Assembly (NCBI GenBank): GCA_945906815.1
Contig: CAMDRT010000010.1
Span: 4,849-68,848, forward strand
DNA length: 64,000 nucleotides
Source: Bordetella parapertussis
Lineage (GTDB): Bacteria; Pseudomonadota; Gammaproteobacteria; Burkholderiales; SG8-41
Direction of reading: 5' to 3'
Shown here: piece after piece, positions 1 through 8,691 of the stretch
Numbering within the stretch: position 1 is the first letter of the stretch
How the letters are laid out: each line of letters starts with the position of its first letter
Notes under the pieces: generated by a model
The model's database searches: none
What the model was told of the DNA's origin: nothing
What the model saw: only the letters and a program-made list of their open reading frames with translations
Made by a program: the position numbers and the translations under genes

Positions 1-2080
1 GCAGCGGGTAATCCTTCAACTGCGGGTCGGTGGGCTGGCCGTTCCACAGATCAAAATATTCCGTCATCGCGAAGCCGATGCCCTGCACCATGCCGCCATG
101 CACCTGGCCCTGGGCAGCGGCGGGGTGGATCACCGTGCCGCAATCGACCACGGCGGAAATCTCCTCCAGTTTCACCATACCCGTGCCGCGATCGACTTCG
201 ACTTCCACGCACTGCGCCGCGAAATTGTAGGAGCCCGATTCGTTGCCAAAGCGGCTGTGATCCGGAAACTCCGAAGGATTGTCGAAATTGCCGACGCCGA
301 TGATCGGCTGCCCGCCTGGCTTGTAGATGTTGGCGCGTACGATCACCGACACTGGTTTGTACGCCGACTCCGGCCCGGCTTTGGGGCCGATCTGGCCGCT
401 GATGATGGTGAGGTCTTCCACCGGCAGCTTGAACTGCTCGGCGGCGGCGGCCATCAACTGTTTGGACGCTTCGCCAGCGGCACGCTTCACCGCGTTACCG
501 GCCACATAGGTCACCCGGCTTGCCAGCGCGCCCAGCGCATAGGGATGTACGTCGGTGTCGGGGCGCGTGATGTCCACGTCCTCATATGGCAGGCCGAGTT
601 CTTCGGCCGCAATCTGGCGCAGCACGGTCAGCGTGCCCTGGCCGATTTCGCCTTCGCCGCTGATGATGGTGGCGCGTCCGTCGTCGTTGATGCGCACGAT
701 GGCCGAGCTGCCGTCCCAGTCGCCGAAACTGCGGCGGCCATTCACGTGCAGACTGCAACCCATGCCCAATCCACGATTTGCGCGATTGGCTTTGTTCTTG
801 TGCTTCGCCTTCCAGTCGATGAGTGCAGTGGCTTTGTCGATGCACTGTTTCAATTCGCAACTGGTGATTTTGTGATTGTGCGGCGACACGTCGCCCGGCT
901 CCACCGCGTTCATGCGCAACAGGTCGGCGATGTCGATGCCGAGTTTTGCGGCGGCGAGATCCCACGCCTGTTCCACTGCCCAGTCGGCCGATGGATTGCC
1001 AAAGCCGCGAAACGCGCCGGTCGGCACCAGGTTGGTATACACCAGCCGCGAATGCGCGCGCGCGTTGGGATACTTGTAGAGCGCGTCATGGCGCACGGTG
1101 GCCGCACCCAGTATCGCCTGCGACTTGCCGGTGTAGGCGCCATTGTCGGCCCACATTTTGATTTCCTTGGCCAGCACCTTGCCGGTCTTGCTGAATCCCA
1201 GCCGCACCCAGTAGCGCATGGGCATGCGCGGGTGGCTGGCCAGAAACTCTTCCTCGCGTGTATGTATGAGCTTGACGGGTCTGCCGCTCTTGCGTGCGAG
1301 CAGGGCGCAGATCACCGAGCAGTTGTCGTCGCCGGATTTACCGCCGAAGCCGCCGCCAACCTCGGTCTGGATCACGCGCATTTGCGATTCGGGGATGCCC
1401 AGCGCCACACAGTAGCGCCCGCGCGCCAGGTACGGTGTTTGCGTGTTGCACCATAGCGTAAAACGGCCGTCGGAAAATTTTGCGACGCAGCCGATGGTCT
1501 CCAGCGAGGTGTGCCACTGGCGTTGCGATTCCCAGGTGCCTTCGACGATGCAATCACTGGCCTTGAAGCCGGCATCGACTGCGCCGCGCTCGAATGAAAA
1601 TTCATGCGCGATGTTGCCGGGCGTGTCGTCATGCACCAGCGGCGCATGGGGCGCCATAGCCTGATCCATCGACAGCACGGCGGGCAACACTTCGTATTGC
1701 ACCAAGATTTTGTCGACCGCAGCGCGCGCGATTTCGGGTGTGCTTGCGGCCACCGCAGCGACTTCATCGCCCACGTAACGTACGCGCCCGATGGCCAGCG
1801 GATACAGATCAGGACGGAACGCGCCCCATTTCTTGTGTGCGGTGTCCTCACCGGTGATCACCGATTTCACGCCGGGCATGGCGCGCGCGGCACTCAGGTC
1901 GATGGAGACTATGCTCGCGTTCGGGTGCGGGCTGCGTAGCACCGCACCGTGCAGCATGCCGGGCAGCTGGATGTCGGCAACGTATTGTGCCGCGCCGGTG
2001 ACTTTGGGTATGGCGTCGGTGCGCTGTACGTCTTTGCCGACGATCAGCAGGCCCGCAGCGCGGGGATCGGGCGCGTTCAT
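1..2080 (-). CDS. xanthine dehydrogenase / aldehyde oxidase family molybdopterin-binding large subunit (N-terminal ~690 codons; runs off left edge)
   Basis: Absent from the ORF track because no stop lies in the window. My reverse-complement translation from ATG 2080 reads MNAPDPRAAGLLIVGKDVQRTDAIPKVTGAAQYVADIQLPGMLHGAVLRSPHP...QTEVGGGFGGK...FRGFGNPSADWAVEQ, which are CoxL/XdhB-type signatures. ATGA overlap with the upstream 2Fe-2S subunit. The + strand ORF 98..1456 is its antisense shadow. Confidence 0.85.
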   Translation of the reverse strand, partial: MNAPDPRAAGLLIVGKDVQRTDAIPKVTGAAQYVADIQLPGMLHGAVLRSPHPNASIVSIDLSAARAMPGVKSVITGEDTAHKKWGAFRPDLYPLAIGRVRYVGDEVAAVAASTPEIARAAVDKILVQYEVLPAVLSMDQAMAPHAPLVHDDTPGNIAHEFSFERGAVDAGFKASDCIVEGTWESQRQWHTSLETIGCVAKFSDGRFTLWCNTQTPYLARGRYCVALGIPESQMRVIQTEVGGGFGGKSGDDNCSVICALLARKSGRPVKLIHTREEEFLASHPRMPMRYWVRLGFSKTGKVLAKEIKMWADNGAYTGKSQAILGAATVRHDALYKYPNARAHSRLVYTNLVPTGAFRGFGNPSADWAVEQAWDLAAAKLGIDIADLLRMNAVEPGDVSPHNHKITSCELKQCIDKATALIDWKAKHKNKANRANRGLGMGCSLHVNGRRSFGDWDGSSAIVRINDDGRATIISGEGEIGQGTLTVLRQIAAEELGLPYEDVDITRPDTDVHPYALGALASRVTYVAGNAVKRAAGEASKQLMAAAAEQFKLPVEDLTIISGQIGPKAGPESAYKPVSVIVRANIYKPGGQPIIGVGNFDNPSEFPDHSRFGNESGSYNFAAQCVEVEVDRGTGMVKLEEISAVVDCGTVIHPAAAQGQVHGGMVQGIGFAMTEYFDLWNGQPTDPQLKDYPL

Positions 2081-2586
2081 GCGGCTACCTTTGCGGTTTT
2101 CTGCGCCGCTATGGCCTCTTTATACGCCTCGAAAATCCGGTGATAACCCGTGCAGCGGCAGTACACGCTGTCCACGCTGACCTTGATCTCCTCTGCCGAC
2201 GGCTGCGGATTTTTCTCCAGCAGCGAACACGCCTGCATCACATGACCCGGGATGCAGATGCCGCATTGCAACGCCGTTTGCTTGACGAACGCCTGCTGCA
2301 CCGGATGCAAACCATCCGGCGTCGCCAAACCTTCGATGGTGCGAATGTCGGCGCCGTCACACAGTGCCGCCAGTTGCAGGCACGCGGGCGTGGGTTCGCC
2401 ATTGACAATAACCGTGCAGATGCCGCAGGCGCCGATGCTGCAGCCGAGTTTGGCGCCGGTGAGTTGAAAATCCTCGCGCAATACATCGGCAAGCAAACGG
2501 TCGGTGGGGTTAAGCGTGACTTGCGCCGCATCGCCGTTGAGTGTGAATTTGATGAGCATGGTTCGAGCCTTTGAAGTGGGCGGCAT
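2077..2586 (-). CDS. (2Fe-2S)-binding small subunit of a molybdenum hydroxylase (CoxS-like)
   Basis: 169 aa with two Cys clusters (CSIGACGICTV and CGICIPG...CRCTGYHRI) typical of XDH/CODH small subunits. Translationally coupled to the large subunit. Confidence 0.9.
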   Translation of the reverse strand: MPPTSKARTMLIKFTLNGDAAQVTLNPTDRLLADVLREDFQLTGAKLGCSIGACGICTVIVNGEPTPACLQLAALCDGADIRTIEGLATPDGLHPVQQAFVKQTALQCGICIPGHVMQACSLLEKNPQPSAEEIKVSVDSVYCRCTGYHRIFEAYKEAIAAQKTAKVAA

Positions 2587-2647
2587 TATAAGCGTTGCGA
2601 GTGAATTCGTCCTACAATATGCGCCCTTTTAGCAGCGTGGAGCAGCA

Positions 2648-3421
2648 GTGTACGACAGCCATTTTCACATCATCGACATGCGTTTTCCGGTGCAGGAGAA
2701 CCAGGGGTTCTTTCCGCCTTCGTTTCCCGCGCCGGATTATCAGCAGCGCACGCAGGGTTTGGGCATTAGCGGCGGCACCGTCGTTTCCGGGTCTTTTCAG
2801 GGCTTCGATACCGGTTTCATGCACGAGGCGCTGCGCGTGCTCGGCCCCACTTTTACCGGCGTGATTCAGATTCCGCCCACGGCCACGAACGAAGAAATTC
2901 TTGCGCTCGATGCCATCGGCGTGCGCGGCGTGCGCTTTAACCTGGTGCGCGGTGGTTCAGCGGATGTGGCCGATCTGGAAAACGTTGCCGCACGTGTGTG
3001 GGCGCTCGCGCGCTGGCACGTCGAGCTGTACGCCGATGCGCGTGATCTGGCGCCGATAGTGGATGCACTATCCGCGCTGCCTGCGGTCAGTATCGCGCAT
3101 CTGGGTCTGTCCGATGAAGGCTTGCCCACACTGGTGAAACTGGCGGAGCAAGGCATGAGGGTGAAGGCCACCGGCTTTGGCCGCATGACCCTCGATCCGG
3201 TGAAAGGGGTGCGCGCATTGGCTGCAGCGAATCCGGATTGTTTGATGTTCGGTAGCGATCTGCCGTCGCAACGCGCGCGCCGTCCGTTTCTGCCTGCGGA
3301 CATTGATGTGCTGCGCGATAACGTCGACGCCGCTTTGGTGCGCAAGGTTTTGTTTGATAACGCCGTGACGTTCTATCGCCCGCGCCAGATCCCGGATTAC
3401 AAAACTAAAAATAGTGAATAA
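2648..3421 (+). CDS. amidohydrolase family protein (amidohydrolase_2 / PDC-hydrolase-like)
   Basis: 257 aa, GTG start. N-terminal SHFHIID metal motif and C-terminal FGSDLP...VLFDNAVTFY. Confidence 0.75.
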   Translation: MYDSHFHIIDMRFPVQENQGFFPPSFPAPDYQQRTQGLGISGGTVVSGSFQGFDTGFMHEALRVLGPTFTGVIQIPPTATNEEILALDAIGVRGVRFNLVRGGSADVADLENVAARVWALARWHVELYADARDLAPIVDALSALPAVSIAHLGLSDEGLPTLVKLAEQGMRVKATGFGRMTLDPVKGVRALAAANPDCLMFGSDLPSQRARRPFLPADIDVLRDNVDAALVRKVLFDNAVTFYRPRQIPDYKTKNSE

Positions 3422-4463
3422 AAACAAATACATACAATCAGAGTCGAACGGTGTCGTGCGCCATGCGCACGACACCGCGCCGGCGCAAGGCGCGCGCTAC
3501 CTGGCGTGCCTGATAGCGGTGCCACTGTGGGCGTCGGCAAACGCATGTGCGCAAAGCGCGGCAGCGCACTATCCGATACGCCCGATACGCCTCATCGTGC
3601 CGCAAAGCGCGGGCGGGTCCACCGATCTGGTGGCGCGTCCGTTGGCGCAACGTGTGGCCGAAGCGATGAAATCGTCGGTGGTCGTGGATAACCGCCCCGG
3701 CGCCGGCAGCATCATCGGCTCCGACATCGCAGCCAAAGCGCCGCCGGATGGCTACACGCTGCTGGCGGTGGCGGCGTCGTTCACCATGAGTCCGAGTCTT
3801 TACAAAAATCTGCCGTTTGATCCGCTGAAGGACTTCACGCCGATCTCGCTGTTGTCGTCGCTGCCGAACATACTGGTGGTGCATCCCGCGCAGCCGGTGA
3901 AATCGCTGAAGGATCTGGTGGCACTGGCGAAGGCGCAACCGGGAAAACTCAACTACAGCTCCAGCGGCATCGCCACCGGCACGCAGATGTCGATGGAACT
4001 GTTAAAACACATGAGCGGTATCAGCCTCACGCACATTCCGTACAAAGGCGGCGCACCTTCGGTCACCGCCTTGATCAGCGGCGAAGTGCAAGTGTGCTTC
4101 GCCACTATTTCCACCGCGCTGCCGCATGTGAAGAGCGGCAGACTGCGTGCGTTGGCGGTGTCCAGTGCACGCCGCGCCAGCGCTGCCCCCGAGGTGCCGA
4201 GCATCGCCGAGGCCGGCGTGCCGGGCTATGACTACGCCTCGTGGATCGGCCTGCTCGCACCGTCAAAAACCCCGCCTGCCATCATTGCGCGCTGGCACGC
4301 GGAATCCGCGCGCGTGATGCAGATGGCGGAAATGAAAATGCTGCTGCAACACGAAGGCGCCGAAGCGGTCGGCAACTCGCCGCAGGAATTCAGCCACATC
4401 ATTCGCACCGAGCTGGAGCGGTGGAAGACAGTGAGCAAGGCCGCAGGGATTAAAGCGGAGTAA
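3414..4463 (+). CDS. Bug family (TctC-like) tripartite tricarboxylate transporter substrate-binding protein
   Basis: YPIRPIRLIVP.SAGGSTDLVAR, DNRPGAGS, PDGYTLL, LNYSSSG and HIPYKG motifs. Start uncertain: GTG 3414 overlaps the upstream stop and a later GTG is possible. Confidence 0.85.
   Translation: MNKNKYIQSESNGVVRHAHDTAPAQGARYLACLIAVPLWASANACAQSAAAHYPIRPIRLIVPQSAGGSTDLVARPLAQRVAEAMKSSVVVDNRPGAGSIIGSDIAAKAPPDGYTLLAVAASFTMSPSLYKNLPFDPLKDFTPISLLSSLPNILVVHPAQPVKSLKDLVALAKAQPGKLNYSSSGIATGTQMSMELLKHMSGISLTHIPYKGGAPSVTALISGEVQVCFATISTALPHVKSGRLRALAVSSARRASAAPEVPSIAEAGVPGYDYASWIGLLAPSKTPPAIIARWHAESARVMQMAEMKMLLQHEGAEAVGNSPQEFSHIIRTELERWKTVSKAAGIKAE
3417..3437 (-). promoter_or_regulatory. AT-rich box variant (19/21 identical)
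   Basis: The minus strand reads TTGTATGTATTTGTTTTTATT. It overlaps the stop of 2648..3421 and the annotated first codons of the Bug ORF. Confidence 0.4.
3450..3476. repeat. perfect 12-bp-arm palindrome containing the CGTGCGCCATGCGCACG core
   Basis: GGTGTCGTGCGC CAT GCGCACGACACC. Confidence 0.7.
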
Positions 4464-4510
4464 GGCGTCTCATCCAGCCACTGCGCTGCTTCGTTGAAGC
4501 TGGAGACTGA

Positions 4511-5431
4511 CTATTTGAATGCGTCTGGGTAAATTTTCCTTTGAATTTGGTCGAGTAGAAATTCATTGTGCGTGTCAACGGAAACCCCAACGCCGGGAAC
4601 CAGCGCCTTGAGCCAGCGATCCAGGCTATCGATGGCTTCTTTGTTTTGCAGCGGGTTGTGATTGGTACCCTCTTGCATCAAGAGCGTGAAGTTCTTCTGG
4701 TGGCCTTCTGGGAAATGGTGACCGCAACCCCCTCTCCACGCATCCTGCGCCCAGGGGTCATTTTTTTCCAGGATTTGCCAGGTCTTGATGGAGGGGTGCA
4801 GACGCCACAGGTGATCATAATCTGCCGAGCAGGATTGATTATGTAAAACGGCACCCACGATCTGTGGATCCACTTGATCCCAGTGATACGTCGTGCGTGC
4901 GCCTTCGGAGTGACCGCTGAGGATGATCGGCTTATCACTGAATGACTTGATGTAGGCGATCACTACAGCCAGGTCATCTGTTCTTGCATCCAGCCGCGCT
5001 GGATTTCTGGCCGTATAAATGCCCTCTCTGAAGTTCTGACCGCCCCCCCTTAGCGCATCATCGGCACCTTTGCCCGGACAGCCGGTTTTATTACCTGGCC
5101 GGGTCACAAATTCGGGGGTGATGACCGCAAAACCTCTACGGTAATAAAACTGGGCGACGTAGGTTTCCCATCCCCACATGCCGCCACAACCATGGTTGTG
5201 AATTACCACGCCTCGGACATTGGGATCGGACTTGAGCAGGGCTTCGAACTTGGCTCGATAAACGCCACCCCAGCGTGGGCCATAGAATACGCTACGCTCC
5301 AAAACCCGCTCCGCATACTTTTTTTCGTATGCATCAACCATCCTGGCTTGTTGTGAAAAAACCGGGCCAGTCACGGCAGAGAAAAAACAAACCACACTGC
5401 TAACCAGCCATTGCCGCATCGAGAAACGCAT
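4511..5431 (-). CDS. secreted alpha/beta hydrolase (dienelactone-hydrolase-like)
   Basis: Start set to ATG 5431, with a GGAGG-type RBS complement at 5438-5444. Signal peptide MRFSMRQWLVSSVVCFFSAVTGPVFSQQ and G-H-S-E-G nucleophile elbow. Visibly lower GC than its neighbours. Confidence 0.7.
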   Translation of the reverse strand: MRFSMRQWLVSSVVCFFSAVTGPVFSQQARMVDAYEKKYAERVLERSVFYGPRWGGVYRAKFEALLKSDPNVRGVVIHNHGCGGMWGWETYVAQFYYRRGFAVITPEFVTRPGNKTGCPGKGADDALRGGGQNFREGIYTARNPARLDARTDDLAVVIAYIKSFSDKPIILSGHSEGARTTYHWDQVDPQIVGAVLHNQSCSADYDHLWRLHPSIKTWQILEKNDPWAQDAWRGGCGHHFPEGHQKNFTLLMQEGTNHNPLQNKEAIDSLDRWLKALVPGVGVSVDTHNEFLLDQIQRKIYPDAFK

Positions 5432-5848
5432 TGTCACCTCCCTCCAGTCCATGCTCATTCTGACATGCTGTGCCAACGCACGGGGTCAGGGTTTTGATTA
5501 TCACATCCCCTCCCCTTTTTTGGCTGCTAAAGAAGTGAATCACTTGCCCACGCCCGCCATCGCGGCGTAGTTACAGCGGCCGTCGTCAGTCACTGACGCT
5601 ATGACGCTGCGGCCACTTCCCCATTGGTGCAAGGCACCCGATCCCGCGCTACTTCGGTGGTACTGGTGGCGCCATCAACTGGCGGACCGCCTCGACCACC
5701 ACCGCGAATTTCTCATCCGTGTTAGCCTCCAGCCCGCTTGGGCTTGCAAGCCCCACATCAACGCTGTGTCACGTGCGCACGTTGGGGTTCGCTACGCTCA
5801 CCGCCAACCTACGGTTTTCGATGGAGTCTATTTAGGAGGTACCCGTGT

Positions 5849-6838
5849 ATGAACGCAAGCACGCCCGCATTACCCATCATTGATCACATCGTCGACGGCG
5901 CCAAGGCCTGGGTGCGCGCCGGCATACAGCGTGACGACTGGTTCCTGCCGCTTACCCCCGCATGCCTGGCCGAACTGCGGGCGATCCTGGTCGAGTTGCG
6001 CGCGCACCCGTGTGCCGCCGAGCGCATCGATGTGGCGCGCTTCGCGATGCCGGCCTGCCGCGCATTGATGCGCCGCGTGCAGGCTGTGCTGGATGAGGGT
6101 GTGCGCTTTGCGGTGGTCGACCGCCTGCCGATGGATGAAATCAGCGACGATGAGGCCAAGGCCCTGTATTGGATACTGTCGTCGTTGATCGCGCGCCCGG
6201 TGCAACAAAAACTGACCGGCACCCTGCTCTACGACGTTCACGACACCGGCAAAAAAGCCACGCCGGGCTCGGGTGTGCGCCCGGACCAGACCAATATGGA
6301 GCAGTTTTTTCATAACGACAACGCCTACAACACGACGCAGCCGGAATATGTGGCGCTGTTCTGCGCGCGGCCTGCGAAGTCCGGCGGGCAGAGCCAGTTG
6401 ATGAGTTTTTACACGCTGCATAACGCCTTGCTCAACGCACACCGGCAGGTCATCCCGCGTTTGTATCAGCCTTTCTGGTTCGACCGGCAAAAGGAGTATT
6501 TGCCCGGAGAACCGGAAGTGATTTCCGCGCCGATATTTTCCTACGACGGCAGGCTGAAGGTGCGGCTCAGCCTGCATCAGGCGAGCGGCGGCTACGCCCT
6601 GATGAAGCAACCCCTGGACGCGGCGGCGGTGACGGCGATGGCGACGCTGAAAAGTCTGTTTGCCGATGCCGCGCTGCGCGTTGAATTTATGATGGAGCGC
6701 GGGCAGATTCAATACGTGAATAACCTCGAGACCTGCCACCGCCGCACCACCTTCGAAGATTACGCGGAGCCGCACCAAAAACGTTTGATGGTACGGCTAT
6801 GGTTGCGCAACGCAGGGGACGTGCGGTATCAGGGTTAG
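5849..6838 (+). CDS. TauD/TfdA-like Fe(II)/2-oxoglutarate-dependent dioxygenase
   Basis: ATG 5849 follows AGGAGG (5834-5839). FHNDN (H-x-D) plus a distal His (ETCHRR). Overall TauD-like pattern. Confidence 0.7.
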   Translation: MNASTPALPIIDHIVDGAKAWVRAGIQRDDWFLPLTPACLAELRAILVELRAHPCAAERIDVARFAMPACRALMRRVQAVLDEGVRFAVVDRLPMDEISDDEAKALYWILSSLIARPVQQKLTGTLLYDVHDTGKKATPGSGVRPDQTNMEQFFHNDNAYNTTQPEYVALFCARPAKSGGQSQLMSFYTLHNALLNAHRQVIPRLYQPFWFDRQKEYLPGEPEVISAPIFSYDGRLKVRLSLHQASGGYALMKQPLDAAAVTAMATLKSLFADAALRVEFMMERGQIQYVNNLETCHRRTTFEDYAEPHQKRLMVRLWLRNAGDVRYQG

Positions 6839-6843
6839 ACAGC

Positions 6844-7548
6844 ATGAACAGAGCTAAAGCAAAACTGCGCAACGGTGGTACGGTGATGGTGTTCAATCCG
6901 AACTTCCCGTCGCCCGCCCTGGTGGAGCATGCCGGCGAACTGGGATTCGATGTGGCGTTCATCGACTGCGAACATGGCGCCGCGGATTTTGAGCGCGCGG
7001 AAGACCTCGCGCGCGCGGCGCGCGCCGCGGGCATGACCTCGCTCGCGCGCCCGTGGACCAATGAGCGCGCGGTGGTCACGCGTTTTCTCGACTGCGGCGT
7101 GGGCGGCATACAGTTTCCGGGCATCGAGGATGCCGCGGCGGCGCGCGAGGCGGTGGCGATCGTGCGCGCGGCGCGCGGCAAGCGCTTCGACGATACGCTG
7201 GTGGTGGCCATGATCGAATCCGCCACAGCGATGCACAACCTGCGCGAGATTGTCGCAGTCGAGGGCCTGGATGCCGTGGTGATCGGACTGGCCGATCTCG
7301 CAACCGATCTGGGCCACGCCGGCGACAACCAGCATCCTGCGGTGCGCACAGCGGTACATCAAATCATCGGCATCGCCAGCGCAGCAGGTGGTGCGGTGGC
7401 GGGTTTTAATCTGCATCACTGGGAGGAGGGCCGTGCATTGCGCGAGCAGGGTGTGCGCTGGTTTACCATCCATGCCAAGACCATGCTGGCGCGCGCCACA
7501 CGCGAGCTTGACAGCTTATGGGCTGATGCGCGCGGCGGCACACCGTAG
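6844..7548 (+). CDS. HpcH/HpaI family aldolase
   Basis: MNRAKAKLRNGG..., FIDCEHG, VVAMIES and GLADLATDLG motifs of class II 2-keto-3-deoxy-acid aldolases. Confidence 0.75.
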   Translation: MNRAKAKLRNGGTVMVFNPNFPSPALVEHAGELGFDVAFIDCEHGAADFERAEDLARAARAAGMTSLARPWTNERAVVTRFLDCGVGGIQFPGIEDAAAAREAVAIVRAARGKRFDDTLVVAMIESATAMHNLREIVAVEGLDAVVIGLADLATDLGHAGDNQHPAVRTAVHQIIGIASAAGGAVAGFNLHHWEEGRALREQGVRWFTIHAKTMLARATRELDSLWADARGGTP

Positions 7549-7640
7549 CCCGTGTCTTGCCGAGGGTTTGCAAGCATAGGTATTTGTTTTTTAAATAATA
7601 TTTCGAGATTAAATTGATCTTTACTACTGGGACGCTCAGC

Positions 7641-8621
7641 ATGTCATCTACAAAGTTTTCCCCTACCGCTGCGCTCATGATCGCGGCTCTCGCCACCGGC
7701 ACGGCATACCACGCCAGCGCACAGCCATATCCCGCGCGCACGGTGCAGATCGTGGTGCCGTACGTGGCCGCAGGCTCCATCGATATCATGACGCGCACGG
7801 TGGCCGCACGCCTGGCCGAACTGTGGGGCCGCAACGTGGTGATCGACAACCGGCCCGGCGCTTCCGGCATGATCGGTACCGAACAAGTGACCAAAGCCGA
7901 GCCCGACGGCCATGTGCTGCTCGGCCACACTTCGTCCTATCCGGGCACCGTTGCCGTGCGCGCGAAGCTGCCGTTTGATCCGGCGCGGGCCATCATCCCG
8001 GTGGCGGGCATCGGTAAATCGTCGCTGATATTTGTGGTGCATCCTTCGCTGCCGGTGAAAACCGTGCGCGAGTTCGTCGAGCTGGCGAAAAAGAATCCCG
8101 ACAAGCTGAATTACGGTTCATCGGGCATCGGCGGCAACAATCACTTTGCCGGCGCGCTGTTCGATATGGCGGCGGGTACGAAAATGACCCATGTGCCGTA
8201 CAAGGGCATCTCGCTGGCGATGACGGCGGTGGCTTCCGGTGAGGTCGAAGTGGTGATCGCCAGCGCGGCTGCGGTCAATTCACAATTGCGCGCGGGTCGC
8301 GTGCGTGCGCTCGGCATGAGTGGCACCAAACCTTCAGCGCTGATGCCGGGCCTGCCCGCCATCGCCGAGAACGGTGTGCCAGGCTACAGTTACGAATTGT
8401 GGTGGGGCCTGTTCGCGCCGGCGGGCATGTCCGCCGAGCGGCTCAACTTTATCAATCAATCCGTGAACAAGGTGCTCGTCAGCCCGGAATTGAAGAAATT
8501 TCTCGACAACGAAAGCGCTGAAGCCTGGATCGCCACGCCGCAGCAACTCGCCAACCTGCTGCCGGCGGAGATCGCGCGTTACCGCAAGATTGCACTAGCC
8601 GCCGCAATACCGCCACAGTGA
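7641..8621 (+). CDS. Bug family (TctC-like) substrate-binding protein
   Basis: Signal peptide, then YPARTVQIVVPY.AGGS.D, DNRPGASG, LNYGSSG and HVPYKG. Confidence 0.85.
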   Translation: MSSTKFSPTAALMIAALATGTAYHASAQPYPARTVQIVVPYVAAGSIDIMTRTVAARLAELWGRNVVIDNRPGASGMIGTEQVTKAEPDGHVLLGHTSSYPGTVAVRAKLPFDPARAIIPVAGIGKSSLIFVVHPSLPVKTVREFVELAKKNPDKLNYGSSGIGGNNHFAGALFDMAAGTKMTHVPYKGISLAMTAVASGEVEVVIASAAAVNSQLRAGRVRALGMSGTKPSALMPGLPAIAENGVPGYSYELWWGLFAPAGMSAERLNFINQSVNKVLVSPELKKFLDNESAEAWIATPQQLANLLPAEIARYRKIALAAAIPPQ

Positions 8622-8691
8622 GTCACTATGTAATTTGACCCTGCGGGAAAACCGCAAGGATCAAAACGCGACGCTAGTTGCAATGCGCCGT

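Noticed and set aside
98-1456. 452-aa + strand ORF, and other long ORFs such as 5870..6778(-), 19632..20807(-), 47465..48574(-), 51860..52951(-), 55207..56424(-), 59446..60177(-) and 28601..29380(+)
   Set aside because: Each lies antisense to, or out of frame within, a gene with clear family motifs. Their products are Arg/Ala/Gly/Pro-rich low-complexity sequences typical of shadow ORFs in high-GC DNA.
1-2586. Missing FAD-binding (CoxM-type) subunit for the molybdenum hydroxylase
   Set aside because: The operon continues beyond the left edge, so absence cannot be judged from this window.
5601-5852. 83-aa ORF in the long gap upstream of the TauD-like gene
   Set aside because: It has no RBS and a Trp/Arg/His-rich sequence with no recognisable motifs, and it overlaps the RBS and start of the next gene.
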